A stretch of DNA of 64,000 nt from a virus (IMGVR_UViG_3300029288_000056:96001-160000); one strand, 5' to 3'. Shown: positions 44,116 through 53,997, numbered from the stretch's first letter. Notes: generated from the sequence alone by a model not told the origin. Numbers and translations: made by a program.

Positions 44116-44244
44116 ACCAGAACAGAATTGCAGAGACAGTTTTTCGGCAGGATTCGAACCTGCGACCTTCGGATGGACTCCGCTGCTCTAACCAACTGAG
44201 CTACGATTCAAATGGCTGAATGTAATCCCTACAGCATTTCTGGT
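44116..44244 (-). ncRNA. tRNA-domain-containing RNA on a long bulged stem (Y-RNA-like candidate)
   Basis: Canonical D arm (GCTC-AGTTGGTTA-GAGC) and T arm (GCAGG-TTCGAAT-CCTGC), only 3-bp acceptor, enclosed by ACCAGAA/TTCTGGT and TGTAGGGAT/GTCTCTGCA helices. Confidence 0.65.
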
Positions 44245-44251
44245 ATACTAC

Positions 44252-44282
44252 ATATTATCACAAGTCAGTTTAAAAGTCAAGC
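44252..44282 (-). promoter_or_regulatory. Sigma70-type early promoter
   Basis: TTGACT-17bp-TAATAT with TG extension; predicted start site about at the 5' end of the ncRNA. Confidence 0.75.
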
Positions 44283-44283
44283 A

Positions 44284-44469
44284 CTATTTATCGAGATAAA
44301 TCGCTTGAACAACCCACGGTTTCTCGGGTGCGCATATAGAATTTTCTTGATTATAGTTAGCAAAAAATCCCATCGTCTTTATACCAATACTTTTCATTTC
44401 TTTTGTCGCAAATTTAATATAACATTTTACTGCTTCTTCATTTACAAAATACTCAGTGTCGATTCGCAT
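44284..44469 (-). CDS. Hypothetical protein
   Basis: GGAGG RBS. Confidence 0.6.
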   Translation of the reverse strand: MRIDTEYFVNEEAVKCYIKFATKEMKSIGIKTMGFFANYNQENSICAPEKPWVVQAIYLDK

Positions 44470-44657
44470 TCTTCCTCCTTTTTAATATAATCAATATGTA
44501 GCTGCATATTTTCCCGCGACATGCCTTGCGGATATTCACAATACGTAGTCAGCTCCGGGTCCATACCGGCAATATCCTTTATGTTCTTTTCTGTAAGGAT
44601 TACACCAACTGGCTGATCCTCAGAACTATAGATTCGATTCCCCACTACTACTTTCAT
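44442..44657 (-). CDS. Hypothetical protein
   Basis: Coupled ORF. Confidence 0.7.
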   Translation of the reverse strand: MKVVVGNRIYSSEDQPVGVILTEKNIKDIAGMDPELTTYCEYPQGMSRENMQLHIDYIKKEEECESTLSIL

Positions 44658-45430
44658 ATTTCTATCTCTCCTTTTAAATACTTTTCAAAATTCTCATCAC
44701 ATTCAAAATGTGGATTAGGAGCTTCACTTAAAATTAAGTTTTGCTGTAGAATGATGACTCTCTTCTGACTAAATCTGTCGTTACCACCGTATCGTTGGAT
44801 ATGCCACGAAGTTGCTTTCGGACAAATGGCAGCCACAAATAGTTCAGCTTTGGCTGCGCTACTAAAAATAAATGATTGCACTATATTTTTATTCATAGCG
44901 TTATCATAAATAAAGACTACAGTCTGTTTACCGTTCCAACAGTCCCCTACTAGTTTTTTGAATTCATCGGTACCATAATCTATCTTAAGTCTACCGTCTT
45001 TAGTCTTGGGATAAACAAGATCTTCAACATCTAAACCCGACCATTTTTGGCACTTTTTAGCATAACTAAAGAACTCATCTGTAGTGGAAAGATTAACATC
45101 TGGAAAAATAACCCGATTTAGATGCGCCATTACTAAGGATTCCTTAGTCTTCGCTTTGATATTATACTCAGCCGCATACTCAATATAATCTTCGTATATA
45201 GATTGCCTCTCACTGTCGAATGATGCCTTATATATTAAATAAGCCACAAATTCGTGTAGGAAATCGTTTTTCATCTTTTCTATTTTTTCTAGCGAATCAC
45301 TGTTAAACCCCATATTGTGCTTTTTATCGTACCATTGGTATTCATACACTCGTGATAGCGGGTAAAATCCTTCCCCGCCACATAATGGTTGTTTACCATC
45401 AAGATTGTCTGTCTGAGTGATTACAAACAT
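44654..45430 (-). CDS. Hypothetical protein
   Basis: GGAG RBS, 258 aa. Confidence 0.75.
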   Translation of the reverse strand: MFVITQTDNLDGKQPLCGGEGFYPLSRVYEYQWYDKKHNMGFNSDSLEKIEKMKNDFLHEFVAYLIYKASFDSERQSIYEDYIEYAAEYNIKAKTKESLVMAHLNRVIFPDVNLSTTDEFFSYAKKCQKWSGLDVEDLVYPKTKDGRLKIDYGTDEFKKLVGDCWNGKQTVVFIYDNAMNKNIVQSFIFSSAAKAELFVAAICPKATSWHIQRYGGNDRFSQKRVIILQQNLILSEAPNPHFECDENFEKYLKGEIEI

Positions 45431-45832
45431 TTAATTCTCCTCTACCCAACACGACATTGTGTTGTTGGTTAAAATTATAGGCTTTAGGTCGTAAAAACGG
45501 CCTACATACCGAATAGGACTAGGCTCTTCTGGAAGCATTTTTGTAATCAAAAAAGTATCTGTATGAAAGACGATGGGGTTGCCGTCATCCTTCATGGGTT
45601 TAATATAACCCAGCCGTTGAAGAATGTCGTCCAATTCATTGATGTTATCGCAGATCACGTTATGCACAAATCTATACATTTTTCCGTCTAGAGTGAGCGC
45701 AAGATGAAGATCAAAAGGTCGTGTAAATTTTGATTTAAATATCCACTTACCCGTTTCAACTTCATACTCTTTACAATAATGATTAACATTTTGTCCCATT
45801 ACAGGAACAACGTCTCGACGATCAATTATCAT
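45431..45832 (-). CDS. Hypothetical protein
   Basis: Coupled ORF. Confidence 0.7.
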   Translation of the reverse strand: MIIDRRDVVPVMGQNVNHYCKEYEVETGKWIFKSKFTRPFDLHLALTLDGKMYRFVHNVICDNINELDDILQRLGYIKPMKDDGNPIVFHTDTFLITKMLPEEPSPIRYVGRFYDLKPIILTNNTMSCWVEEN

Positions 45833-46008
45833 TATCCCCGCCTATCCGAGACTAATGCCACCGAGTAGATAGCCTGTTTATCTCTTTTTCTTAATGTGGC
45901 TTTAGCATTAGTGAAAATAGATATGATCTTATCTAGTTCTCTATAATTAAAATCTATCCTACACCCGCGCTCTTTTTTATCAGCATTATAAAACGGCATA
46001 ATTTCCAT

Positions 46009-46425
46009 TTAACCCTCCTCTAAAAATCCAAATAAGTATCCTGCGTCCTCGAATTCCTCGATCTTCTCCGCAGAAAGGCCTCTAACATCCATAGTAACGT
46101 GAATCTTCCCTACTGGCACCCAAACGACGGGTCTAGTCTTTTCTACCGTGGCCTCTGTAAACCGAATGATGGTACCGTCCTCAAAGGCGACATATCCTTC
46201 ATCTCCACCGTGGCCACAACAAGCCGCCCGAACACCGGGAAGATGACCAAGACACGCATCCTCTCCACCCTCTAGGCCTTTTCTGCCGCAGCGAATACAG
46301 GCCGGTTCCGCGTCTATTTCTTCACCGTCTTTGGTGTACCACTTAACACCAAAGTTAGTGTAGATTTCTTGACCCCTCTTGAACATCACACCGGTCCCTC
46401 CTTGGACCACAATTGTGTCACTCAT
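46009..46425 (-). CDS. Cys/His-motif hypothetical phage protein
   Basis: CIRCG...DACLGHLPGVRAACCGHG. Confidence 0.7.
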   Translation of the reverse strand: MSDTIVVQGGTGVMFKRGQEIYTNFGVKWYTKDGEEIDAEPACIRCGRKGLEGGEDACLGHLPGVRAACCGHGGDEGYVAFEDGTIIRFTEATVEKTRPVVWVPVGKIHVTMDVRGLSAEKIEEFEDAGYLFGFLEEG

Positions 46426-46967
46426 ACCGGATCATCGAGACTGAATTCTTTACCCGCGCCTTTGCACCAAACATAGGAATCAAGTTGTGCCGGTGTTAGC
46501 CCAACCCTGTCCGCCTCTTTGATAAAAGCGTCCTCCAACTCCTTATACTTCTTGCCGGCTGGCGGCGTCGTTCTTGGCGCGTCATAGCCCATCTCTTTTA
46601 AGAAGCGTAGTATGTGAACATCAAGGGCTGCACACCTTACGTCGGGTCTGGTCCATAGCATAAAGAATCTCGCCGTCTTTGGACCTATTCCACTTATACT
46701 CTCCAGATCCTCGATCGTGCAAGTCTCAAGGTTGAAGTCTTTTTCGACAATTTCCCTTATAGCCTTTTCAATCTTGGTGTAGTTACCAGTTCGCGCCTCT
46801 TTAACTTTTTGACCGACAATATCGTCGTGCACCCAAGATTTTATCTCATTCTCAATATTACCGTTAGGGAACAACTTTGCCATAACATTATAAGCGAAGT
46901 CTGCGTTCTTCCCTGCGACGATCACACTGTAAATCAACTTATACAGCAGGTTATTTTCCACTACCAA
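46422..46967 (-). CDS. HhH DNA glycosylase, 8-oxoguanine glycosylase (OGG2)-like
   Basis: ISGIGPKTARFF HhH lysine, ALDVHILRFL, KKYKELE, LDSYVW. Confidence 0.8.
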   Translation of the reverse strand: MVVENNLLYKLIYSVIVAGKNADFAYNVMAKLFPNGNIENEIKSWVHDDIVGQKVKEARTGNYTKIEKAIREIVEKDFNLETCTIEDLESISGIGPKTARFFMLWTRPDVRCAALDVHILRFLKEMGYDAPRTTPPAGKKYKELEDAFIKEADRVGLTPAQLDSYVWCKGAGKEFSLDDPV

Positions 46968-48345
46968 ATCCTACAGATCTTATTTCTTTACAATAATCCA
47001 GATTATTAATCGCAAACGCTAGGTCCTCACTGCATACTACATCACGCTTATTTTTGTCTGAGTTAATAATAGCGGAGTGAGCTACTTCTTTAACAAGTGC
47101 CCCTGAGAACAACTTTCTACCCCTTATTTTACTGACAGCATCTTTCACTTCGCCAATATCAATCTGATGATCTCCAAGATTCTTATTTAAAATGCTTACC
47201 ATATGCTCTCCTGATGGTGGTGGCATTTGTATAACCTTATCAAACCGGCCCGGCCTTTGGCTTAATGCATGCTCAATTACGTCCAGTCTGTTTGTTGAAG
47301 CCACCAAGACGTAGTTGTTATGCTTTACGGTACCGTCAAGATGGTTGAGTAAGTCGTGCATTGCCGCGGGAGAGCAACCTCCAGAGTCCCTATCTGCGCC
47401 CACAAGATCAATGTCATCCCAAATTACTAGAACCGGGGACAGATAGTCTATCACCTCAAAAACAGATCTTACGTCAAAATTAGGATAAGGGGCAACTACT
47501 AAAACCCTCAGTCCCTTTTCTTTTGCTTTGTATATAATAGATCCTATCAACATACTCTTTCCGTTACCGGGGTCTCCATGTAGTAGGATTTTACGGCCGT
47601 TAGTTATACCGCGCTTAGCCAGTCTTTCACTGTTGATTAAGAAGTACATTGAATTATCAAATATGACTTCCTTAACATCTTTAGGGCAAAAAACATCTTC
47701 GTCAGATATACTTTTAACCTCTAAGAATTTAAGTGGTCGGTGTGAGTTACCCTCTATCTCCAAAACGGAATCCCATATACTATTCTTTCCTATGTAAGTC
47801 TGGAGTTCGTCCATCAGCTTTTGTACATTCGCAGTGTCGCGATTGTAATATATTTCCGTAACCAAATAACCATCATCAATGTAAGTACATATAATGTAGG
47901 TATTATCCTCAAATTGTACCTGATGGCAACCACCGATAAAGAATTCTTTTCCACCAATAAAATTCTTACTCTTATTATACAGATAGTTAATGGTGGAATT
48001 CTGCTTATCAATCTCAAGACCACAATATTTTTTTACAATGTCGTTAATCGCCACAATAGTTAGGTTAAACATTTGAGGACAAGTAGAGTAGTTGTGTCTA
48101 TCTATAGTATCAACATTATCAAAAAATCCCATCGCCACAAAATCAGCTTTAGCTTTATCACGTATACTTTTTTCGTGCTCACGGTTCCAGATTGCAGATA
48201 TCACGGTAGCTAAAAGCTTCGTGCCATACTGATCGTCAGTTGGAAACTCCACATCCGGCATTTTACCATATTTATCAAAATGTGACGGGTCTTCCATTCC
48301 CTTCACGGCTATTGGGGGTCTTGGGGGTCTGTCATCAAAACTCAT
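46951..48345 (-). CDS. AAA+ ATPase (paralog 1)
   Basis: GDPGNGKS Walker A, WDDID Walker B, STNR...RPGRFD SRH. Confidence 0.9.
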   Translation of the reverse strand: MSFDDRPPRPPIAVKGMEDPSHFDKYGKMPDVEFPTDDQYGTKLLATVISAIWNREHEKSIRDKAKADFVAMGFFDNVDTIDRHNYSTCPQMFNLTIVAINDIVKKYCGLEIDKQNSTINYLYNKSKNFIGGKEFFIGGCHQVQFEDNTYIICTYIDDGYLVTEIYYNRDTANVQKLMDELQTYIGKNSIWDSVLEIEGNSHRPLKFLEVKSISDEDVFCPKDVKEVIFDNSMYFLINSERLAKRGITNGRKILLHGDPGNGKSMLIGSIIYKAKEKGLRVLVVAPYPNFDVRSVFEVIDYLSPVLVIWDDIDLVGADRDSGGCSPAAMHDLLNHLDGTVKHNNYVLVASTNRLDVIEHALSQRPGRFDKVIQMPPPSGEHMVSILNKNLGDHQIDIGEVKDAVSKIRGRKLFSGALVKEVAHSAIINSDKNKRDVVCSEDLAFAINNLDYCKEIRSVGFGSGK

Positions 48346-48572
48346 TTTATTCCTCCGATTGAGTAACTACACCAATTTCCAGATACTAATTCTTTCAGCC
48401 TATCCGTAACTATGATATTCCCCTTTAAAATCATTCCATCAAAGCTCAAATCTGTTGCTTCACCAAGCACTTCCTTTACATCGCCGTTTTTGTCGTAAAT
48501 AACGACCGGTAACGATGTGGGTGTTTCTGTTAAAATGATAGGCGTATCAAATACCTTAATTTCAAATTTCAC
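48342..48572 (-). CDS. Hypothetical protein
   Basis: Coupled ORF. Confidence 0.6.
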   Translation of the reverse strand: MKFEIKVFDTPIILTETPTSLPVVIYDKNGDVKEVLGEATDLSFDGMILKGNIIVTDRLKELVSGNWCSYSIGGIK

Positions 48573-48751
48573 TTTTTAACCTTTTCATAGTCCCAACCGG
48601 GATCATTCGGGAAGATAGGAATATCTCCCACACCTTTCATATATATGAAGTAGACGTACTTACAGCCTATATCTTTACTATGTTGGCAGTCGGTACAGTC
48701 ATTAAAAGACACACAGTCGTTACTGATAATGGAAGCTTCGTCTTTATTCAT
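48569..48751 (-). CDS. Small Cys-rich protein
   Basis: CTDCQH..IGC. Confidence 0.6.
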   Translation of the reverse strand: MNKDEASIISNDCVSFNDCTDCQHSKDIGCKYVYFIYMKGVGDIPIFPNDPGWDYEKVKK

Positions 48752-48789
48752 TCATATCCTTTAACATGTTATTGATAGGGTATGTCCCA

Positions 48790-49086
48790 TTATTTTGGGC
48801 CATAGTACATCAAAAATAGACAAATATCAACGTCTTTAGCAATCTTAATCAGCTTATTTTCAACTTCACTGAACATCTCATTTAAGATCGTCTGTTTGTT
48901 AATAACATTCTGGTCTAAACTTTTGTTAGACTTGTTATCTTGCCGTATTCTAGTGATAGAATCAGTAAGCTCCTTAAGAGATTCTCTTGCGCTTACGGCT
49001 TTCTTATATAATTCGTCTGGGCTCATGATAGCCATTTTATTTTCCTTCATCTGTTTTAGTTTGTGACACTGTATCCGTTTCATCAT
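48790..49086 (-). CDS. Coiled-coil hypothetical protein
   Basis: Likely start MAIMSP. Confidence 0.6.
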   Translation of the reverse strand: MMKRIQCHKLKQMKENKMAIMSPDELYKKAVSARESLKELTDSITRIRQDNKSNKSLDQNVINKQTILNEMFSEVENKLIKIAKDVDICLFLMYYGPK

Positions 49087-49483
49087 CGATTTTTTGCATA
49101 GGATGTTCTAATCTTACCGCTTGAAATTTATGCCCGGCTAAAAGACCTACCATAAACCACGCATACCACATTGGCATACAGGGATCTTGAATTATAACAC
49201 CATCTTTTACTGATATATAATATTGTGCCACTCCCCATGCCAATACACTGTATACAAAATTATCTATTGGAGCGCCGACATTAACAGCACGAAAACTGTT
49301 ATAAGATATTTCCGCACCCATTTCTTCCTTGAGAAAACGTATTAAATCGCTCAGGCTTTCATTCTCTAAATACTCATCAGCATGTCCTATAAAAACATAT
49401 GCGTCATGCTCAATTTTAATAGGTTCTCTAGAATGCTGAAACTCGGATAAATATTTTGTGATTACATCTTCACCAATATCCAT
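49037..49483 (-). CDS. Hypothetical protein
   Basis: AGGAG RBS. Confidence 0.7.
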   Translation of the reverse strand: MDIGEDVITKYLSEFQHSREPIKIEHDAYVFIGHADEYLENESLSDLIRFLKEEMGAEISYNSFRAVNVGAPIDNFVYSVLAWGVAQYYISVKDGVIIQDPCMPMWYAWFMVGLLAGHKFQAVRLEHPMQKIDDETDTVSQTKTDEGK

Positions 49484-49484
49484 T

Positions 49485-50060
49485 TTATTCTCCTTTATGT
49501 TTTTGAACTATTTTAAACAACCTGTCATACAACCGATGATTGTATTCACTTGTTAATTCTTTTTCATATACACCTAACTGACGTAGAACGTAACTGGTAA
49601 ACTCAGCGATGTAGTCTTCACCGTCATCGCCTTCTTCTACTAGGTATTCATAGTAGTCTTCCCATTCATCATAGCCGTCGCTCATATACCGTTCTGAACT
49701 TATGTGAAAGGTGACATCGTACTCCCTACTCATTTGTACTAGCTTCTCTGCTATCTTTCTATATTTTACCATTCTATTTTGAATAATTCTGTTCAGCTCC
49801 GCCATGAGGCCGGGGAATTTTTCTCTTTCTATATCCTCAAGTTGCTTTTGCCACTTTTCATGCTCTACTTGATCCCGCATACTTCGTCTGCCCATCATTG
49901 CACCAAAGTCAGTTTCAAGGCCGGCATTTACAAAATGTCCAATAGAGTCTAAAAACATCTTTTCCGGTTGCATATTAGGATCATCAGCGTAGGGGTCCCC
50001 GTTTGCAAAAGGATCGTCGCCAATTGTTTTACGCATTATTTTTCCTTTCAAATAAACCAC
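49485..50060 (-). CDS. Acidic hypothetical protein
   Basis: Likely start MRKTIG. Confidence 0.7.
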   Translation of the reverse strand: MVYLKGKIMRKTIGDDPFANGDPYADDPNMQPEKMFLDSIGHFVNAGLETDFGAMMGRRSMRDQVEHEKWQKQLEDIEREKFPGLMAELNRIIQNRMVKYRKIAEKLVQMSREYDVTFHISSERYMSDGYDEWEDYYEYLVEEGDDGEDYIAEFTSYVLRQLGVYEKELTSEYNHRLYDRLFKIVQKHKGE

Positions 50061-50376
50061 AAGTTGAGACGCCTTCTATGACGGTCTCATGTTGTACACA
50101 ATAATTTTTCTCGCAAAACAGACAGTCAACGCAGGTATCCGCAGGTCTAATCTGTCTTGCACGGGCTGGCGACCACATTATCCATCCGTAAACCGAAAGA
50201 CCGATATACACTATCCACATCAGCGTGTAGGCGTACTCTTGCGCCATAAAAGTGAGAACTACCAGAATACCGTTCGATATTATCCAAACAATAAAGCACG
50301 CTCTTAGTTTGAATATGTTCAAAAAGTAAGCCCCTATGCTTCCCAGTGATGCTATCCAACTTAAAAGTATTAGCAA
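50029..50376 (-). CDS. Short PnuC-like (nicotinamide riboside transporter family) membrane protein
   Basis: Three TM helices with FIVWIISN and LSVYGWIMW motifs; C-terminal Cys cluster. Confidence 0.6.
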   Translation of the reverse strand: MLILLSWIASLGSIGAYFLNIFKLRACFIVWIISNGILVVLTFMAQEYAYTLMWIVYIGLSVYGWIMWSPARARQIRPADTCVDCLFCEKNYCVQHETVIEGVSTCGLFERKNNA

Positions 50377-50924
50377 TTTGACCTCTTGTTTTTGTAGCGA
50401 AGTGATCTTGCCTCAAGAACCATTTCCTCGATCGTGCTCGTTGTTTTAGAGATGGTCTGCATTAGTATCATACTGTTGGCAAATTTACAAAAAGATTCAA
50501 AGTCGTATATTATCTTTAGATCCGGTCGGTAGAGATTCGCATAAGACTCTATGATGTCCCGGTATTGAGCGTCGGGTTCCATCCCGATTACCGTCGGCTT
50601 TCTAAAAACGCAGGTGTGCCCAAAAAACATGAGGGAGTCCACATTAGGGGTGGTCTTCCCGAACCAACAGAAGATAAGCGACGCCTTGTTGAAACAGTAA
50701 GACTCCCACTTTACATGTTCTAGCATATCCTCCGTCGTGTGATCCTGAATTATCTTCTCATTGTAGTTGTTGTAGAAGACGGACTTCCATTGAAAGTCTT
50801 TTATGCGCTCATACAACTGGTCCTGCCAATGACTCTCATCTATTGACCCCAGTGCGAGTGTCATCATTGGGTAGGATCTCCTACTCAGCCGTCTACTTAT
50901 GTCTGGGGAGTGAATGTTTAACAT
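50370..50924 (-). CDS. Nucleoside 2-deoxyribosyltransferase-like protein (possibly inactive)
   Basis: LGSI...WQ...VKWE...ASLIFCWF...SLMFFG (usual SLxELG glutamate missing). Confidence 0.6.
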   Translation of the reverse strand: MLNIHSPDISRRLSRRSYPMMTLALGSIDESHWQDQLYERIKDFQWKSVFYNNYNEKIIQDHTTEDMLEHVKWESYCFNKASLIFCWFGKTTPNVDSLMFFGHTCVFRKPTVIGMEPDAQYRDIIESYANLYRPDLKIIYDFESFCKFANSMILMQTISKTTSTIEEMVLEARSLRYKNKRSNC

Positions 50925-51913
50925 TACTTCACCTGCAAAGCACCGGAAGCGGTCCTAGTTAAGAGCCATTCCCTGCTATCACTCTTAATCACTAGGGCTG
51001 GATGCTCTCCTAAGATCGCCTTGATCATTCCATTGTTGAGTTCGTAGTTCTTTTTAATATCGTTGAATCCTTTCATTTCCGCGCTCAACAATTCGCGCCT
51101 CTCCATAACCTCAATATGTTCCGGAGCTTGGCTGACTGACGGCTTACCCTCAGTGAATTCTTGTGGATGACAGCAGTGAAAGTAACTGCAGGTTGCGCAG
51201 GTCTGCCAAGTCTCGTGACGTTTCGGTGGATCTTCATTAAGGATATGCGCAATAACCGTTTTGGCCTTTTCGTTTATCTTGCGATACTCATCGGGCACAA
51301 ATGGAATCAACAAGTCTTTCGGTGTGAACTGTAAGGGGTTGAAGTATACAATCGCGGTCTCATACATAAAGTCGTCGCGTTGTTTTGGTAGATCAAATTC
51401 CTTAGTCAAGATCGACCTGAAGTCCACATCAGTCATTGCACCCATGTAAGACTGCATTTGAAAGAAGTAGCACTGACTCCAAAATTCTTCCGCAGTTAAG
51501 AGATCGTCGCAGCTCTTTGGTGCGCTCATACTCGTGACCTTAGAGTCCATAGGCTTGTCGTCCCACGGATCTTCTCTGAAGCGATAGCCGTCTATCTCAC
51601 AAGTGAGACAGTCCGTCTCAAAACGATAGTGACGCGCCACGACTCGCCAACCTAAAGTCTCCAATAGATCCAGCACGACCGGCTCCATAACTCTGCCGCG
51701 ATAGAATATAACCTTTGTATCGTCGCTGTGTTGAGGAACCGTACCGTTGTTAGAGTAGTACAGATACCGCATACACGGATGGCCAACGCTGCTCGCGTGA
51801 ATAAGAGGTTTTCCTGCGACCATTCTTGCGATATCTTTTGCGCGTCTTTCTTCGCTGTCCTTAACGTATTGCGTCAAGACGAAGTTCTTGAATTGTTCTT
51901 GTACTAAATCCAT
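50924..51913 (-). CDS. Cas4-like PD-(D/E)XK exonuclease
   Basis: HASS..C.R, EIDG, DSKV, QMQSYM, CATCSYFHCC Fe-S motif. Confidence 0.8.
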   Translation of the reverse strand: MDLVQEQFKNFVLTQYVKDSEERRAKDIARMVAGKPLIHASSVGHPCMRYLYYSNNGTVPQHSDDTKVIFYRGRVMEPVVLDLLETLGWRVVARHYRFETDCLTCEIDGYRFREDPWDDKPMDSKVTSMSAPKSCDDLLTAEEFWSQCYFFQMQSYMGAMTDVDFRSILTKEFDLPKQRDDFMYETAIVYFNPLQFTPKDLLIPFVPDEYRKINEKAKTVIAHILNEDPPKRHETWQTCATCSYFHCCHPQEFTEGKPSVSQAPEHIEVMERRELLSAEMKGFNDIKKNYELNNGMIKAILGEHPALVIKSDSREWLLTRTASGALQVK

Positions 51914-52558
51914 TTAGGCTCCTATTGCTATTTTAGATTTAAGACTATGGTACCGCTTCGTAAATTCGGTGTATACCTGCTCAAATGTGTATCCTATTTT
52001 AACGACCCTGTCAACCAAATCCTTACCACCGTTGTCGTGGGCCCTCTCTAAACATTGCTCCCAAGCCTTCAGTGAATCTCTTACGCACAGCCAAACGTCC
52101 TGATTGTAGACGTTACTCCACTCTTTAAACAGGATCTTCTCGGAACGCCACAAGATTTTGTCTTGCTTGTGAATCAATTCCCAGTCGGCATTGCCGTTTA
52201 TGTGTAAGGTGTCAAAGACGCCGATGTTGATTTTCTTTTGCAACTTCTTGTAGTCTGGTAGCAAGACTTTCACCGGCGAAGGTATGTCCGCAATAACGAA
52301 CTCGTCGCCATCGTGAAACAGAGCGCCCATCCTTGTGGCAAAGGGGTTGAACGGCCCGCCCAACAACATCTCACTGAGTATGTCTTCCATCACCACAGAA
52401 TGAAGTCCCGTACTATAGAACGGGCTCATATGCCCGGCACACCGTGGCATATTACATAGAGAAAAAATCATATCCGAGATTGTGATCTTCGGTTTCTCCG
52501 CTTGCGGATAAAAACGGTGGCCGCTTACAGTTCTGATGTAGATGTTATTTTTATCCAT
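51914..52558 (-). CDS. HD-domain 5'-deoxynucleotidase (YfbR-like)
   Basis: R..GH..FYSTGLHS, ALFHDGDE, DIPSPVK. Confidence 0.85.
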   Translation of the reverse strand: MDKNNIYIRTVSGHRFYPQAEKPKITISDMIFSLCNMPRCAGHMSPFYSTGLHSVVMEDILSEMLLGGPFNPFATRMGALFHDGDEFVIADIPSPVKVLLPDYKKLQKKINIGVFDTLHINGNADWELIHKQDKILWRSEKILFKEWSNVYNQDVWLCVRDSLKAWEQCLERAHDNGGKDLVDRVVKIGYTFEQVYTEFTKRYHSLKSKIAIGA

Positions 52559-52896
52559 TAGAGCATGCAGTAGTTATCTAAACGCCCCTCAACATGGGAA
52601 AGCCTTGCATCCAAATTTAATAGGAGTTTTGGGATGATATCTTCACTTAATAACCTAGGGTTACAGTCTAGACCGGAATCTAAAAGCTTGGTATATTCTT
52701 CAAGTTTCTCCCACAACTTTTCCATTAAGTATTCTTCACCACTCTCATTGATTCTTATTTGCTCCTCTAAAAGGCAAAGAATTATATCTGCTTGTTCAAA
52801 ATTATCGTCATTAATAAGTCGGCGAACGTGATCACTCAAGGTACATTTATATTCTTCTATGCTCTTAAGCCGTTCCTCTAGTCCTTGCTTATCCAT
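52558..52896 (-). CDS. Hypothetical helical protein
   Basis: Coupled ORF. Confidence 0.7.
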   Translation of the reverse strand: MDKQGLEERLKSIEEYKCTLSDHVRRLINDDNFEQADIILCLLEEQIRINESGEEYLMEKLWEKLEEYTKLLDSGLDCNPRLLSEDIIPKLLLNLDARLSHVEGRLDNYCML

Positions 52897-53348
52897 TTTA
52901 CTTCCCTTATCTCCCCATTAGCTATGAAGTATGTCGCCGGGCATATACCTCCGCAACCTCTATAATCAAGTTTAAATTGCGGCTCTGGTATCTGTTCAAA
53001 GTCATAAAAGCATGTTAAGCATACGATGCCTCGTGCAGGATCATTATAGACTTTCACATAATCAGCATTAACTAGCCTGCTTAATTTAATAAAAGACAGA
53101 ACTGCTTCTGATAAACTTTCTCTCGATACCAACTCACCGATCTCCGGTTTAGTTTCACGCAACAGATGACGCAGTCTTTGTATATCGGCCTTTGTAAGAA
53201 GACATTCGTCATATTCTATAGCACAATCCCCGCTCATGCGGGATAACATAACGTCGGTAACATTCCTGTCTTCTTCATCTCTTACAACACCGATAGAGAG
53301 AATAGTTCCTTCCTCTGTTCGGCCATAGGTGTGACACATTTGTAACAT
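52878..53348 (-). CDS. Hypothetical protein (IGVVRD family, copy 1)
   Basis: Paralog of 53975..54232. Confidence 0.7.
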   Translation of the reverse strand: MLQMCHTYGRTEEGTILSIGVVRDEEDRNVTDVMLSRMSGDCAIEYDECLLTKADIQRLRHLLRETKPEIGELVSRESLSEAVLSFIKLSRLVNADYVKVYNDPARGIVCLTCFYDFEQIPEPQFKLDYRGCGGICPATYFIANGEIREVKWISKD

Positions 53349-53350
53349 TG

Positions 53351-53704
53351 TTACTCCTTCTTTTCTCTTGGTATACGGCGACGTGGCTCCATTAAGATTA
53401 GTCCGCCACGAAATTGTTCATAAAGTGCATCGAATACATCGCGCAATTCTTCGATTTCTTCTTCCTTTTTGGCGAGTTTTTCGCGGCACGCTGCAAGTTC
53501 TACAGGTAGACTAATTTGCTCAAGGTCGGGCACTGATATTGTAGTTAAGGTTCTTAGTGCATCTTCAATCGTTTCAGCGAGATCGGTACCAACTCTAGTT
53601 GTATGGTACCCTATTTCACGTTTCATAAATTGTTGCGGCGGGCAAGTAATCTGAATACTTACAGAAAAGTCGTCGCGAGTCGGATATTGTACGTCTTCTT
53701 CCAT
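53351..53704 (-). CDS. Hypothetical protein with coiled coil
   Basis: GGAGG RBS; similar layout to 15822 and 16729. Confidence 0.7.
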   Translation of the reverse strand: MEEDVQYPTRDDFSVSIQITCPPQQFMKREIGYHTTRVGTDLAETIEDALRTLTTISVPDLEQISLPVELAACREKLAKKEEEIEELRDVFDALYEQFRGGLILMEPRRRIPREKKE

Positions 53705-53712
53705 AATTCCTC

Positions 53713-53997
53713 CTAAGGAATTTGATAATTTGAAATGTTGATAAAATTAGTCATCATGAAATGGCTTCCGCCTCCCATTTCCACATAACGATATCGTGGC
53801 TCCGCGACTGGGATTACATCTACAGGCTTAATGTCTTGTAACCGTGATAGAGTGATATTATCCGCCACCATCATCACGATTCTCATACTTCCGCAGTAAG
53901 CACACTTATCATCTACGATATCTCCTGCGCCGCAACTTGGGCACTTGGGAGGGTCGTAAACTTTGGGCGTCGTCTTATTTTTCTGTGGTGTGTGCAT
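53713..53997 (-). CDS. Zinc-ribbon protein
   Basis: CPSCGA...CAYCG. Confidence 0.7.
   Translation of the reverse strand: MHTPQKNKTTPKVYDPPKCPSCGAGDIVDDKCAYCGSMRIVMMVADNITLSRLQDIKPVDVIPVAEPRYRYVEMGGGSHFMMTNFINISNYQIP

Noticed and set aside
50924-51913. CRISPR-Cas system suggested by the Cas4-like gene
   Set aside because: No repeat-spacer array or other cas genes; stand-alone Cas4-like nucleases are common in phages.
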